Shown in pieces: positions 47,686-64,000 of a stretch of 64,000 nucleotides of DNA (the first letter of the stretch is position 1; each line of letters begins with the position of its first letter). The position numbers were made by a program, and so were the translations under genes. Below the pieces are notes generated by a model that was not told the DNA's origin, ran no database searches, and saw only the letters and a list, made by a program, of their open reading frames with translations. Origin of the DNA: the human T2T-CHM13v2.0 reference genome, Homo sapiens; the NCBI RefSeq assembly GCF_009914755.1, contig NC_060926.1; one strand, written 5' to 3'.

Positions 47686-48304
47686 TTTTATTATTATTTT
47701 TATTATACTTTAAGTTCTGGGATACATGCACAGAACGTACAGGTTTGCTACATAGGTATACATGTGCCATGGTGGTTTGCTGCACCCATCAACCCATCAT
47801 TTACATTAGGTATTTCTCCTAATGCTATCCCTCCCCTTGCCCCCCTCTTCCCAACAGGCCCCGGTGTGTGATGTTCCCCTTCCTGTGTCCATGTGTTCTC
47901 ATTGTTCAACTCCCACTTATGAGTGAGAACCTGCAGTGTTTGGTTTTCTGTTCTTGTGTTAGTTTGCTGAGAATGATGGTTTCCAGCTTCATCCGTGTCC
48001 CTGCAAAGGACATGATCTCATTCTTTTTTATGGCTGCATAGTATTCCATGGTGTGTATGTGCCACATTTTCTTCATCCAGTCTATCATTGATGGGCATTT
48101 GGGTTGGTTCCAAGTTTTTGCTGTTATGAATAACTGTAATAAACAGATGTGTGCATGTGTCTTTATAGCAGAATGACTTATAATCCTTTGGGTATATGCC
48201 TAGTAATGGGATTGCTGGGTCAAATGGTATTTCTGGTTCTAGATCCTTAAGGAATCGCCACACTGTCTTCCACAATGGTTGAACTAATTTACACTCCCAC
48301 CGAC
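47686..48304 (-). mobile_element. L1PA 3' end, 5'-truncated
   Basis: L1 ORF2 C-terminus (WECKLVQPLWKTVWRFLKDL) and 3' UTR; TSD atgtcactgtt at 47675 and 48305. Confidence 0.92.
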
Positions 48305-49349
48305 ATGTCACTGTTATTTTTATCAACTCAGTGCTACGATTATGCACCGTATCCCTTCTACATTTAAGGCAGTTTGTTTCATGGTGAGATTACTGTTTTG
48401 ATCCTTGGTATCATCCTTAACCCAAACAGAAGTGACTTCTGAGTGTTCTGTTGTTTTCAATTTTCTGATTAACAGAAAAATACCATATGAGTATTATCTT
48501 TGGCTTTTACTTCTATGCATTCACGTGTTTAGTTAACTTGTTATGCTTTAATGGCAGGACATCAGAGAGTTTCACATGTGCATTGACATAAGTATTGCAT
48601 TTCATATTAAGAAGCCAAGTTCAATAAATACAAATTAAGTTTCAGTGGATTCAACTTCATTTTCGGATTGAAAAATAAACGAATAGTCTGTGAGAAAAGA
48701 CGTAACTACAGTTCAAAAGATTAGAAAAAATATGTTCTATGTTAAAACATTTCTGGAGATGATTTTAATTATCTCTGTGAGTTCCTTTTGACCTCCAGAA
48801 TCTTGTCTTCAGGGACATAAACATTTCCTGCCAATGCGCAGTACTATGGATGTGGAAGGTATAGCTGTCTTTTTAGGTCTTTGTTGTTTCTCAGTTACTT
48901 ATAAATAATTTTCTGGTATCTTTCACCTAAAATGAAGGTTCTAAAAATCTGTCACATTGATAAGGCCTGAAATGTCCTGATTTTTTTCAATAAAATTATA
49001 CCAGCTTGTCTACTTGTTGCTTGTTTCTTTTTCATGAAATTAGAAGAAATAAGATATAGACAACTTACAATCTGCTATTTAGCCTTTTGGATGTGTGTAG
49101 ATGTTTCATTTAATTGTGTGTTATATTAAGACACTTTACTAAATTTTCTCTTTGCATTTCCTTTTCAATTCACTCTGCTTATAAATCCAAGTTATTTATT
49201 ATATAAGGCCTCAAATATCCTGAAAGCAAACAAAAATATTAAAAAAATGTGGTATCACTTTATTATCATTTCTTATAGGATTATTTGCCTTTTATCATTA
49301 TTAAGAAATATGAGTTCTTATTTTTTTAAGTAATTACATCATTCATTCT

Positions 49350-49840
49350 AAAATGGCATCCCTTTTGTTTGCATAACAAACTATCTCAAAATTTCATGGC
49401 TTAAGACAAAAACTGTTTCATTACATCTTGTGATTTTGGGGGTCACAAACTTGGGCAGTTTGGCTGGGTGATTCTTCTGTTCCACATGGTGTCAATGAAG
49501 GTCATTCAGTGGTGTTGAGTTGATGGTCCGAGGGTCCTAGACTGCTTCACTTATATAACTGGTGTCTTGGCTCAGCTGGAACTGTTGACCGGAGTACCTA
49601 TGTGTGGCCTTACCAACGCCTCAGCATAGTTGGTCTTTACTCATGGCTGCTCTGAGAGCAAGTGTTCCATTGATCAAGACAGAAGCTCTGAGATTTCATG
49701 AGATGGCAATGGAAGTAACACAGCCTCACATCTGACCTCTATTGGTTGAAACAGTTACAAGCTCATTCAGATTCAAGTGGAGGGGACACAGATGCCATTA
49801 CTCCATAGAAGGGCTGTCCGATAATTTGCATTCATGTTTT
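49350..49840 (-). mobile_element. Old MLT1 MaLR LTR
   Basis: ttgcataacaaactatctcaaaatt..tggcttaa start and cagattcaag.ggagggga end motifs. Confidence 0.6.
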
Positions 49841-51329
49841 GAAATAGCCAAACCATTCCCTCTAATGTCTAAAATATTTTTTCTCTTCCACATAGACTCC
49901 TAGAAATGGTGCAGTTCTATGAAATCGTTTGGCTTTAAATTCACTTATGGTGGAGTTTTTAATTTCATGACATATATATTTTCCCCTAGTATTTCTTGCC
50001 TGAAAGAAGAGTGCCAGTATCTGTGTTTATAACATATAAAGCTGGAAATAATAAGAACTCTCTTCAGAGGGAAGTAATTCATCCAATAGTGGACTTTATG
50101 TTCTATTTCCATGATAAAATACAGATTTCCTTTAAAAACCAAAAAATATAAAAATATAATTCCAGCTTATTAAAAGTAATAGCCTAAGAAAAGCATAGAA
50201 GCAGAATATCCTCACAGTCCTGGTTTTTAATTTTATTGCAAATATAAATATTGTCTACTTGAAAACATTTCGTCTCAGCATCTCTCTACAAATAACCAAG
50301 CAAGCATTGATTGACAGATTAGGCTTACTAATATTGCCTTCCCTTTTCCTAAGTGAGCTGTTCTACTTACATTTTTGACAGTTGAAAATGACTGCTTGCC
50401 AACATTGTCAATGATATGTTGAGTAAGAAATTGTGTTCTTCTATATCATTTTCTAACCTCCCATTTTTCTTCTTTTCTTTTTCTCTTCACATTCGTTGTT
50501 CTTATTGAGATGAAATGATCACAAATGGTTAGAAATTGTCTGTTTTCCCTTGATCAGGTCCATTTATCCTGTGCTTAGTTTTTCTAAATGTATTTTTTTA
50601 AGAACATAAAAGATGGTATGACTCTGCTTGCCAGTCCCCACAATGACACTGTCCTTTCCTATCTAATCAGCTCTGCCACTGACAATCCCACCCATTCCAC
50701 AGAGCCTGAGCCCCATCACCCTTACTCTATTTGGAAGAAGAGCCATAGAACATCATCACAACATTCTGGCAACAGAGAACCAGGTGGCCCTCTGGGACAT
50801 GATGCAGGATTCCAAATGCTGAATTATAGCACAGTATTGTGGTAGAGTGAACCCTGAACTGGAATCCAGGATGCTTGGCTTATCATCCTGAGAAAATACC
50901 TGAAGATAATATTACTCCTTTGTCTCAATCCCTGTGGTTCATGGGGGACTGGAGTCATCCATCTCTTAGATCCAGAGTTAGGCCCTGGCTTGGCTAAGCA
51001 GCATATCTCATGCCCCTGGCACAGTTCAAGGGTAAGCATATTCCCAGTAAATATAATAAAAATTAGACTTTGGACTTTTGCTACAACTACATAAAAAGAA
51101 GTAATTTCTCTCTACTGAGATTGTTAAACAAAATATAAATCTTGAGCTTCTGGTGGCCATATTTGCCATCACTAAAGAAAACCTGCTATGAATGAAGTCA
51201 ATCAGAAGAAGGCAGAGGTAACAAAAAGATACATTATTCATTTAATTGAGCACTGCCTGAATTCAGAACTACTCCCTTGACTTTTCAGTTGTAGTCTATA
51301 CTTGTACACTTTGATTCCATTTGTAAGTA

Positions 51330-54945
<3,616 letters not shown>

Positions 54946-55199
54946 AACAGCATAAATTCTAAGGTTGTTAATTTTTAAAACAGAAATAATTTTTCCAAGA
55001 GATATCTTATAACTTAAAAGAGTATTTTAAAATGATTTTTAGATTACCGAAGGGATATTGAGGTAAACAAAAAATATATGTGAGAAATCTCCAAGGTATT
55101 TAAATGTGGCTACCTTCATGCAGGTCAATGAAAAACAAAACTTTAAGACCCGAGTAGTAATTATGAGCTCATATCAACATTTTTCATTTAATGTCTTTA

Positions 55200-57132
<1,933 letters not shown>

Positions 57133-58921
57133 TCAGAGGACAATTGCTCATTTTATGTGGTTGAGAATCTACTGATGAAGATAGAAAGTAGCAGCTAACA
57201 GAGGAGAAGAAAGTGTTCATTGAAACACAGGCATGCTAGTTGCAGAAAAGGGTGACCCAGTGTACTCACACCTTCCCCACTTGGCGCAGCCTGAGTGGGT
57301 GAAATCCCTTAGGAGCCGAGCTGTGGTACATTAGCAAGATCTATGAATGAGTTCTTCCAGCAACAGCAGAGACACTACAGACCTGATTTGTCAGGAATAC
57401 CTAAGGGCATCTCTGTAGCGGCCTGAAACCCAGGGGTATGTGTGGGGTAGTCAGCACTAATTCCTCAGGAATTCTCTTTCCTCTGAGTCCCTGGCTGGCA
57501 TGGCTGAGAACATATATTGATTACATCAGAACTGAAATGCACTATTGCCTGAGCAACGTGGCCTGAAATGATGGTACAATTATATCTCCTCCGGGTGGGA
57601 TGATACCCACTAAGCTTGTCTCTTTTAGAGCCTCTAAGCATTGAAAACAAATTGGTACCCTTTTTCCAACACATATGTCTAAAAATAAAAATGATATTCA
57701 GCCAGAACATACAAATTTTACATTTAGGGGAAAATAAACGGTTTCTTTCTGGATTTCAAGATGGCAATGTTCTGATAAATTCATTGAAGTGGAACCTAGC
57801 TTCCTCTCTCTCTCTCTCTCTTTGATGCCCCATGCATGCATTTAGTCTGCCCATCCAGTGATCCAGCAAAGCCCAACAGCCAGCTCAAGTATGCAAATTT
57901 TCTTCATATCTCACCTTTATTTTAGTTTTGAATTTACTTATCAGATATTCTCAATAGTACACAAAATTGAATTGTTGTGTGAATATGTAGATATAGCTGA
58001 GATAATAATGCTTACTTTTGTAAATTCTGGGGAAAAACTTAAGATTTAAAAGAATTTCTGTAGCTGTTTTGGCTTTTATCTTCATCAATGTCCTGTAACT
58101 AAAACCAGGATTTAGATGTCAGAGCAATAATAGGGTGGGGTGGAGTGAGGCTCAGCACACCTGACCTGAAAACATATATTGATAAGCTTTTCTTCTGGGA
58201 AACCAGAGAATTGAACAGTTCAAATTTTTGATATAGCACTGGGGAGGAAAATATCTAGTAGTGACCCATAACAGATAGGCTACAGAGAATTGGAAAACAT
58301 TATAGTAGAAGAGTAAGGAAGCAGTGAAACATTATTCATATTATACAAATCTGATGCATTTGTAAATTGTGACATGATTTATCTGTATGTAGAAATGAAC
58401 ATAATTTTATAATTATAAAATAAAGGAGTCAAATTTCTAAGAAGAGCAAGTAAAATGAAATGAGTCAAATATTTCAGAACACTATCATTTAAAAAGCCAT
58501 TTTATGACAATAATGGAAATATTTTAAATTAATAGTACTATTTTCAAAAATCTAAGTCAAGAAAAAAATTCTCATTGCAATTTTGAAGGTGGGTTAACTC
58601 ATTTGAAAGTGGAACTATTTTTTGCCATGAATGTTAACACATATACAAAGTCTGTTACGCATAGAACCACATAGAGAAATCAGTTATTTGCAATGCAAAT
58701 CAAACCTACCTAAATGAACTGAAAAACCTCATTTAGAACTTGGTAAACAAAAAAGTCAATATTTACAAATGTGCTATTTATGTTAAGATCTTATAGATGT
58801 GAAAATTGCTAATAAAAATTATGACTTACTGGAATTTAAATATATCTTTCAAATTTTACTGCTTACTCAAAAAGTATTTTAAAGTTAACTGTACTCTTTT
58901 AATCCCTGAATAAAATTTTCT

Positions 58922-59158
58922 TGCCCGGGCGCAGTGGTTCACCCGTGTAATACCAGCACTTTGGGAGGCCGAGGTGTGTGGATCACTTGAGGTCAGGAGT
59001 TTGAGATCAGCCTGGCCAACACAGTGAAACCCCATCTCTACTAAAAATACAAAAATTACTGGGCAACGGAGCAAGACTCCATCTCAAAAAAAAAAAAAAT
59101 ACAAAAATTAGCTGGGTGTGGTGGTGGGCACCTGTGATCCCAGCTACTTGGGAGGCTG
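58922..59158 (+). mobile_element. 3'-truncated Alu with a nested mini-Alu, fused directly to L1
   Basis: The linker aaaaatacaaaaatta is duplicated around an Alu 3' end. The right arm stops at gggaggctg. Confidence 0.8.
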
Positions 59159-62100
59159 CAGCAAACATGGGAGTGCAGCTATCTCTTCAATATCCTCGTT
59201 TCCCTCATTTGGGTATATACCCAGCAGCAGGATTGCTGGGTCATATGATAGCTCTATTTTTAGTTTTTAGAGGAACCTCCAAACTCTTCTCCATAGTGGT
59301 TGTGCTAATTTATGTCACCACAGTGTACGAAGATTCCCTTTTCTCCACATCTCGCCAGCCTTTGTTATTGTCTGTCTTTTGGACAAAAGCTATTTTATTT
59401 GGGGTGAGATAATATCTCACTGTAGTTTTGATTTGCATTTCTCTGATGATGTTGAGTACCTTTTCATATGTCTGTATGTCATTTGTATGTCTTCCTTTGA
59501 GAGATGTCTATTCAAATCTTTGGCCCATTTTAAAAATCAGATTATTATATTTTTTCCTATAGAGTTGTTTTAGCTCCTTATATATTCTGGTTGTTAATCC
59601 CTTGTCAAATGAGTAGTTTGCAAATATTTTCTCCCATTCTGTGGGTTGTCTCTTTACTTTGTTGATTGTTTCCTTTGCTGTGCAAAAGTTTTTTAACTTG
59701 ATGTGATCCCATTTGTCCATTTTGCTTTGGTTGCCTGTGCATGTGGGGAATTACTTCAGAATTTTTTTCCCAGTCCAATGTCCTGGAGAGTTTCTAAAAT
59801 GTTTTCTTGTAGTAGTTTCATAGTTTGAGGTATTAGAGTTAAATCTTTATGATGGTTAATATTGAGTGTCAACTTGATTGGATTGAAGGATGCAAAGTAT
59901 TGTTGCTGGGTGTGTCTGTCAGGGTGTTGCCAAAGGAAATTAACATTTGAGTTAGTGGACAGGGAGAGGCAGACTCACCCTCATTCTGGGTGGACACCAT
60001 CTAATCAGCTGCCAGAGCAGCTAGAATAAAGCAGGCAGGAGAAGATGGAAGAGCAGGCTTGCTGAGTTTTCCGGCCTTCACATTTCTCTCATGCTGGATC
60101 CTTCCTGCCCTCGAACATCAGACTCCAAGTTCTTCAGCTTTTGAACTCTTAGACTTACACCAGTGATTTGCTAGGGGCTTTCAGCCTTTGGCCACAGACT
60201 GAAGGCTGGACTGTCAGCTTTCCTACTTGTGAGGTTTTGGGACTCGGACTGATCCACCACTGGCTTCCTTGCTCCTCAACTCACAGACAGCCTATTGTGA
60301 GACTTTACCTTGTGATTGTGTGAGTCAATTCTCCTTAATAAACTCCCTTTCATATATGCATGTATCCTATTCTGTCTCTCTAGAGAACCCTAATACAGTT
60401 ATTAATCCATTTTGATTTGATTTTTGTGTATTTTGAGAGATAGGGGCCTAGTGTTTTCATTCTTTTTCATATGGATATCCAGTTTTCCCAGCACCATTTA
60501 TTGAAGAGACTGTCCTTTCCCCAATGTATGTTCTTGGCACCTTTGTTGAAAATGAGTTCACCGTAGGGGTGTGGATATTTTTTTCCAGATTCTGTATTCT
60601 GTTCCATTGGTCCATGTGTCTGTTTTATGACAATACCCTTCTGTTTTGTTTACTATATAGCTCTGTAGTATAATTTGAAGTCAGGTAATATGATTCCCCC
60701 AGTTTGTTCTTTGTGCTTTGGGTAACTTTGGCTATTCTGGGTCTTTTGTGGTTCCATATAAATTTTAGGATTTTTTTTTCTATTTCTTTGAAGAATGTCA
60801 TTGGTATTTTGCTAGGGATTGCATTGAATCTGTAGATTGCTTTGGGTAGTATGAACATTTTAACAATATTCATTCTTCTAATCCATGGACATGGAATATC
60901 TTTTCAAGGTCCTCTTCAATTTCTTTCATCAGAGTTTTATAGTTTTCATTGTAGAGAATTTTCACTTCTTTGGTTAATTCCTAGGTATTGTATTTTATTT
61001 GTAGCTATTGTAAATGGGATGACCATCTTGATTTCTTTTTCAGATTGTTCACTATTGGCATATAGAAATGCTACGGATTTTTGTATGTTGATTTTGTATC
61101 CTTCAACTTTATTGAATTTGTTGATCAGTTCTAAGAGTTTTTTGGTAGAGTCTTTAGGTTTTTCCAAATATGAGATGATATCATCTGTGAACAAGGATAA
61201 TTTGACTTCTTCCTTTCCAATTTGAATGCTTTTTTTTTTTTTTTTTAAGACGGAGTCTCACTCTGTCACCCAGGTAATCTCGACTCACTGCAACCTCCAC
61301 CTCCCGAGTTCAAGTGATTCTCCTGCCTCAGCCTCCTGAGTAGCTGGGATTACAGGTGCGTGCCACCACACCTGGCTAATTTTTATACTTGGATGCTCTT
61401 TATTTCTTTTTCTTGTCTAATTGCTCTAGCTAGGATTTCCAGTACTATGTTGAATAACAGTGGTAAAAGTGGGCAACCTTGCTGTATTCCTGAGTTTAGA
61501 AGAGAAGCTTCCAGTTTTTCCTCATTCAATATGATACTAGCTGTGGGTCTGTTGTATATGGTTTCTATTATGTTGAGGCATGTTCCATCTATACTCAGAT
61601 TTTTGAGGGGTTTTACCATGAAGGGCTGTTGAATTTTATCAAATGCTTTTTCAGCATGAATTGAAATGATTATATTGATTTGTACTTCATTCTGTTGATA
61701 TGATGTATCACACTGATTGATTTGCATATGTTGAACCATATTTTATCCCTGGGATAAATCCCACTTGGTCATGATGAATGATGTTTTCAATGTATTGTTG
61801 AATTTGGTTTGCTAGTATTTTGTTGAAGATTTCTCCATCGATATTCACTGAATATATTGGCCTGTAGTTTTCTTTTCTTGATATGGTATCAGGGTAATAC
61901 CATCTTCATAGAATGAGTTTGGAAGTATTCTCTCCTCTATTTTTCAGAATAGTTTGAGTAGGATTGATATTAGTTCTTCATTAAATGTTTGGTAGAATTC
62001 AGTAGTGAAGCCATCAGGTCTTGGGGCTTTTCTTTACCGGAAGACTTTTAATTACGGCTTTGATCTTGTTACTTGTTATTGGTCTGTTTGGGTTTTGGAT

Positions 62101-63850
62101 TTCTTCATGGTTCAATCTCGGTAGGTTTTATGCATCTAGGAATTTATCCGTTTCCTCTAGATTTTCCAATTTATTGGCATATAGTTGCTCGTAGTAGCCA
62201 CTAATGATACTTTAAATTTCTACAGTATCAGTTGTAATGTCTCCCTTTTCATCTCTGATTTTATTTGAGTCTTCTCTGTTTTTGTTTTTTCTTTGTTAGT
62301 CTGGCTAAAGATTTGTCAATTTTGTTTATCTTTTCAAAAAAACAGCTTTTTGTTTCATTGATCTTTTATATTGTTTCTTCATTTCAAATTCATTTATTTC
62401 TACTCTGATCTTTATTATTTTTTTCACCTAATTTTTGGTTTTGTTTGCTCTTGCTTTTCTAGTTCTTTAATATGCACCATTAGGTTGCTTATTTAAATTT
62501 CCTCTTTTTTGATGTAGGTGCTTAGAGCTATAAATCTTTCTCTTAGCACTGCTTTTGCTGTATCCTATAGGCTTTAGTATATTGTGTTTCCATTATTGTT
62601 TGTTTCAAGAAATTTTTCCATTTCCTTCTTAATTTCTTCATTGACCCACTGGTCATTCAGGAGCATATTGTTTAATTTCCATGTGTTCATATAGTTTACA
62701 AAATTCCTCTTGTTGTTGATTTCTAGTTTCATTCCATTGTGGCCAGAGAAGAGGCTTGATATTATTTCAATTTTTTGAATGTTTTAAGACTTGTTTTGTG
62801 ACCTAATATATGGTCTATTCTTGAGAATAATCCATGTGCCTGAGGAGAAGAATGTGTATTCTATAACTATTGGCTGAAATATTCTGTAAATATCTATTAG
62901 GTCTATTTGTTCTATAGTGCATATTAAGTCTGATGTTTCTTTGTTGATTTTTTCTGTCTGAAAGAGCTGTCTAATGCTGAAAATGGGGTGTTAAAGTCTC
63001 CAACTATTATCGTATTGAGGTGTATTTCTTCAGCTCTAATAATATTTGCTTTATATATCTGGGAACTCCAGTGCTGAGTGCATGCATATTTACAATTGTT
63101 ATATCCTCTTGCTGGGTTGACCCCTTTATCATTATAATGGCCTTCTTTGTCTCTTCTTACTGTTTTGTTTTTGAAATCTATTTTATCTGATGTAAGTATA
63201 GCTACTCCTGCCTCTTTTTTTGGTTTCTATTGACATGGAATATTTTTTTTCATCCCTTTATTTTCAGTCTATGTTTATCTTTATAGGTGAAGTGTGTTTC
63301 TTGTAGGCAACAGATCATGGGGTCTTTTTCTCATTCATTCAGCTACTCTGTGCCTTTTAGTTGGAGAGTTTAGTCCATTTACATTCAATGTTATTATTGA
63401 TAAGTAGGGACCTACTTTTGTCATTTTGTTATTTGTTTTCTGATTGTTTTGTGGTCTTTTCTTCCTTCTTCCCTTCCTTCTTGTGAAGGTGATGTTCTCT
63501 GGTGATAGGATTTAACTTCTTGCTTTTTCTGTGTGTGTGTATCCATTGTATGGTTTTCAGTTAGAGGTTACCATGAGACTTGCAAATACTATCTTATAAC
63601 CCATTATTTTAAACTGATGGCAGCTTAACATTTATTGTATAAACAAATAAGCAAAAACCAAAACAAAACAAAGCAGAAACTCAGTACTTTAACTTCATCC
63701 CCCGACGTTTTAGTTCTTTGCTGTTTCTCTTTAGGTCTTATTATGTCTTGAAAAGTTGTTGTAGTTATTATTTTTTATTCGTTCATCATTTAGTCTTTCT
63801 ACTTAGGAGTAGTTTATACACAAGTACAGTATTATAATATTCTGTATTTT
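59155..63850 (-). mobile_element. L1 (L1MA/PB-like) ORF2 region, disrupted
   Basis: Minus-strand peptides [39 protein letters not shown] and [14 protein letters not shown]. Interrupted by an MLT2 LTR and a partial Alu (about 61230-61384). Another Alu begins at about 63860. Confidence 0.92.
59848..60397 (+). mobile_element. HERV-L solo LTR (MLT2A2-like) inserted in L1
   Basis: Same start and end motifs as the proviral LTRs but about 550 bp long. L1 sequence resumes on both sides. Confidence 0.85.
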
Positions 63851-64000
63851 TCTTTTTAACTTTCTTTCTTTTTTTCTTTTTTTTTTTTGAGACAGAGTCT
63901 TGCTCTGTTGCCAAGGCTGGAGTGCAGTGGCATGATCTCAGCTCACTGCAACCTCTGCCTCCTAGGTTAAGCAGTTCTCCTGCCTCTCGAGTAGCTGGGA

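Noticed and set aside
59155-63850. Active L1 or novel reverse-transcriptase system
   Set aside because: ORF2 is fragmented, interrupted by an LTR and an Alu, and lacks a 3' end. It is an ordinary fossil.

Overview
This is human genomic DNA, not prokaryotic. It covers the 5' end and about 61 kb of upstream flank of STK39 (SPAK kinase, minus strand). The only real coding sequence is STK39 exon 1 (2699-2906), which lies in a CpG-island promoter. The upstream region is dominated by transposon relics: a near-full-length HERV-L provirus with two MLT2A LTRs (12532-19368), solo ERVL/MaLR/ERV1 LTRs, about 30 Alus (including a young AluYa5), L1 fragments and DNA-transposon fossils. I found no convincing new multi-gene system. 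The most interesting unexplained structures are: (i) a cluster at 36.85-37.4 kb with a perfect 28-bp hairpin, a templated copy of a segment 2 kb away flanked by an 18-bp duplication, and a tandem duplication; (ii) two inverted mariner-transposase fossils at 24.1-25.8 kb; (iii) a (GGGGCC)4 repeat encoding the SPAK PAPA box; (iv) differentially decayed DUX4/splice-donor modules in three MLT2A LTRs; (v) an old L1 with a twin-priming inversion. Subfamily names come from recalled consensus sequences, not a database search, and repeat boundaries are approximate unless a TSD or TG...CA end is quoted.
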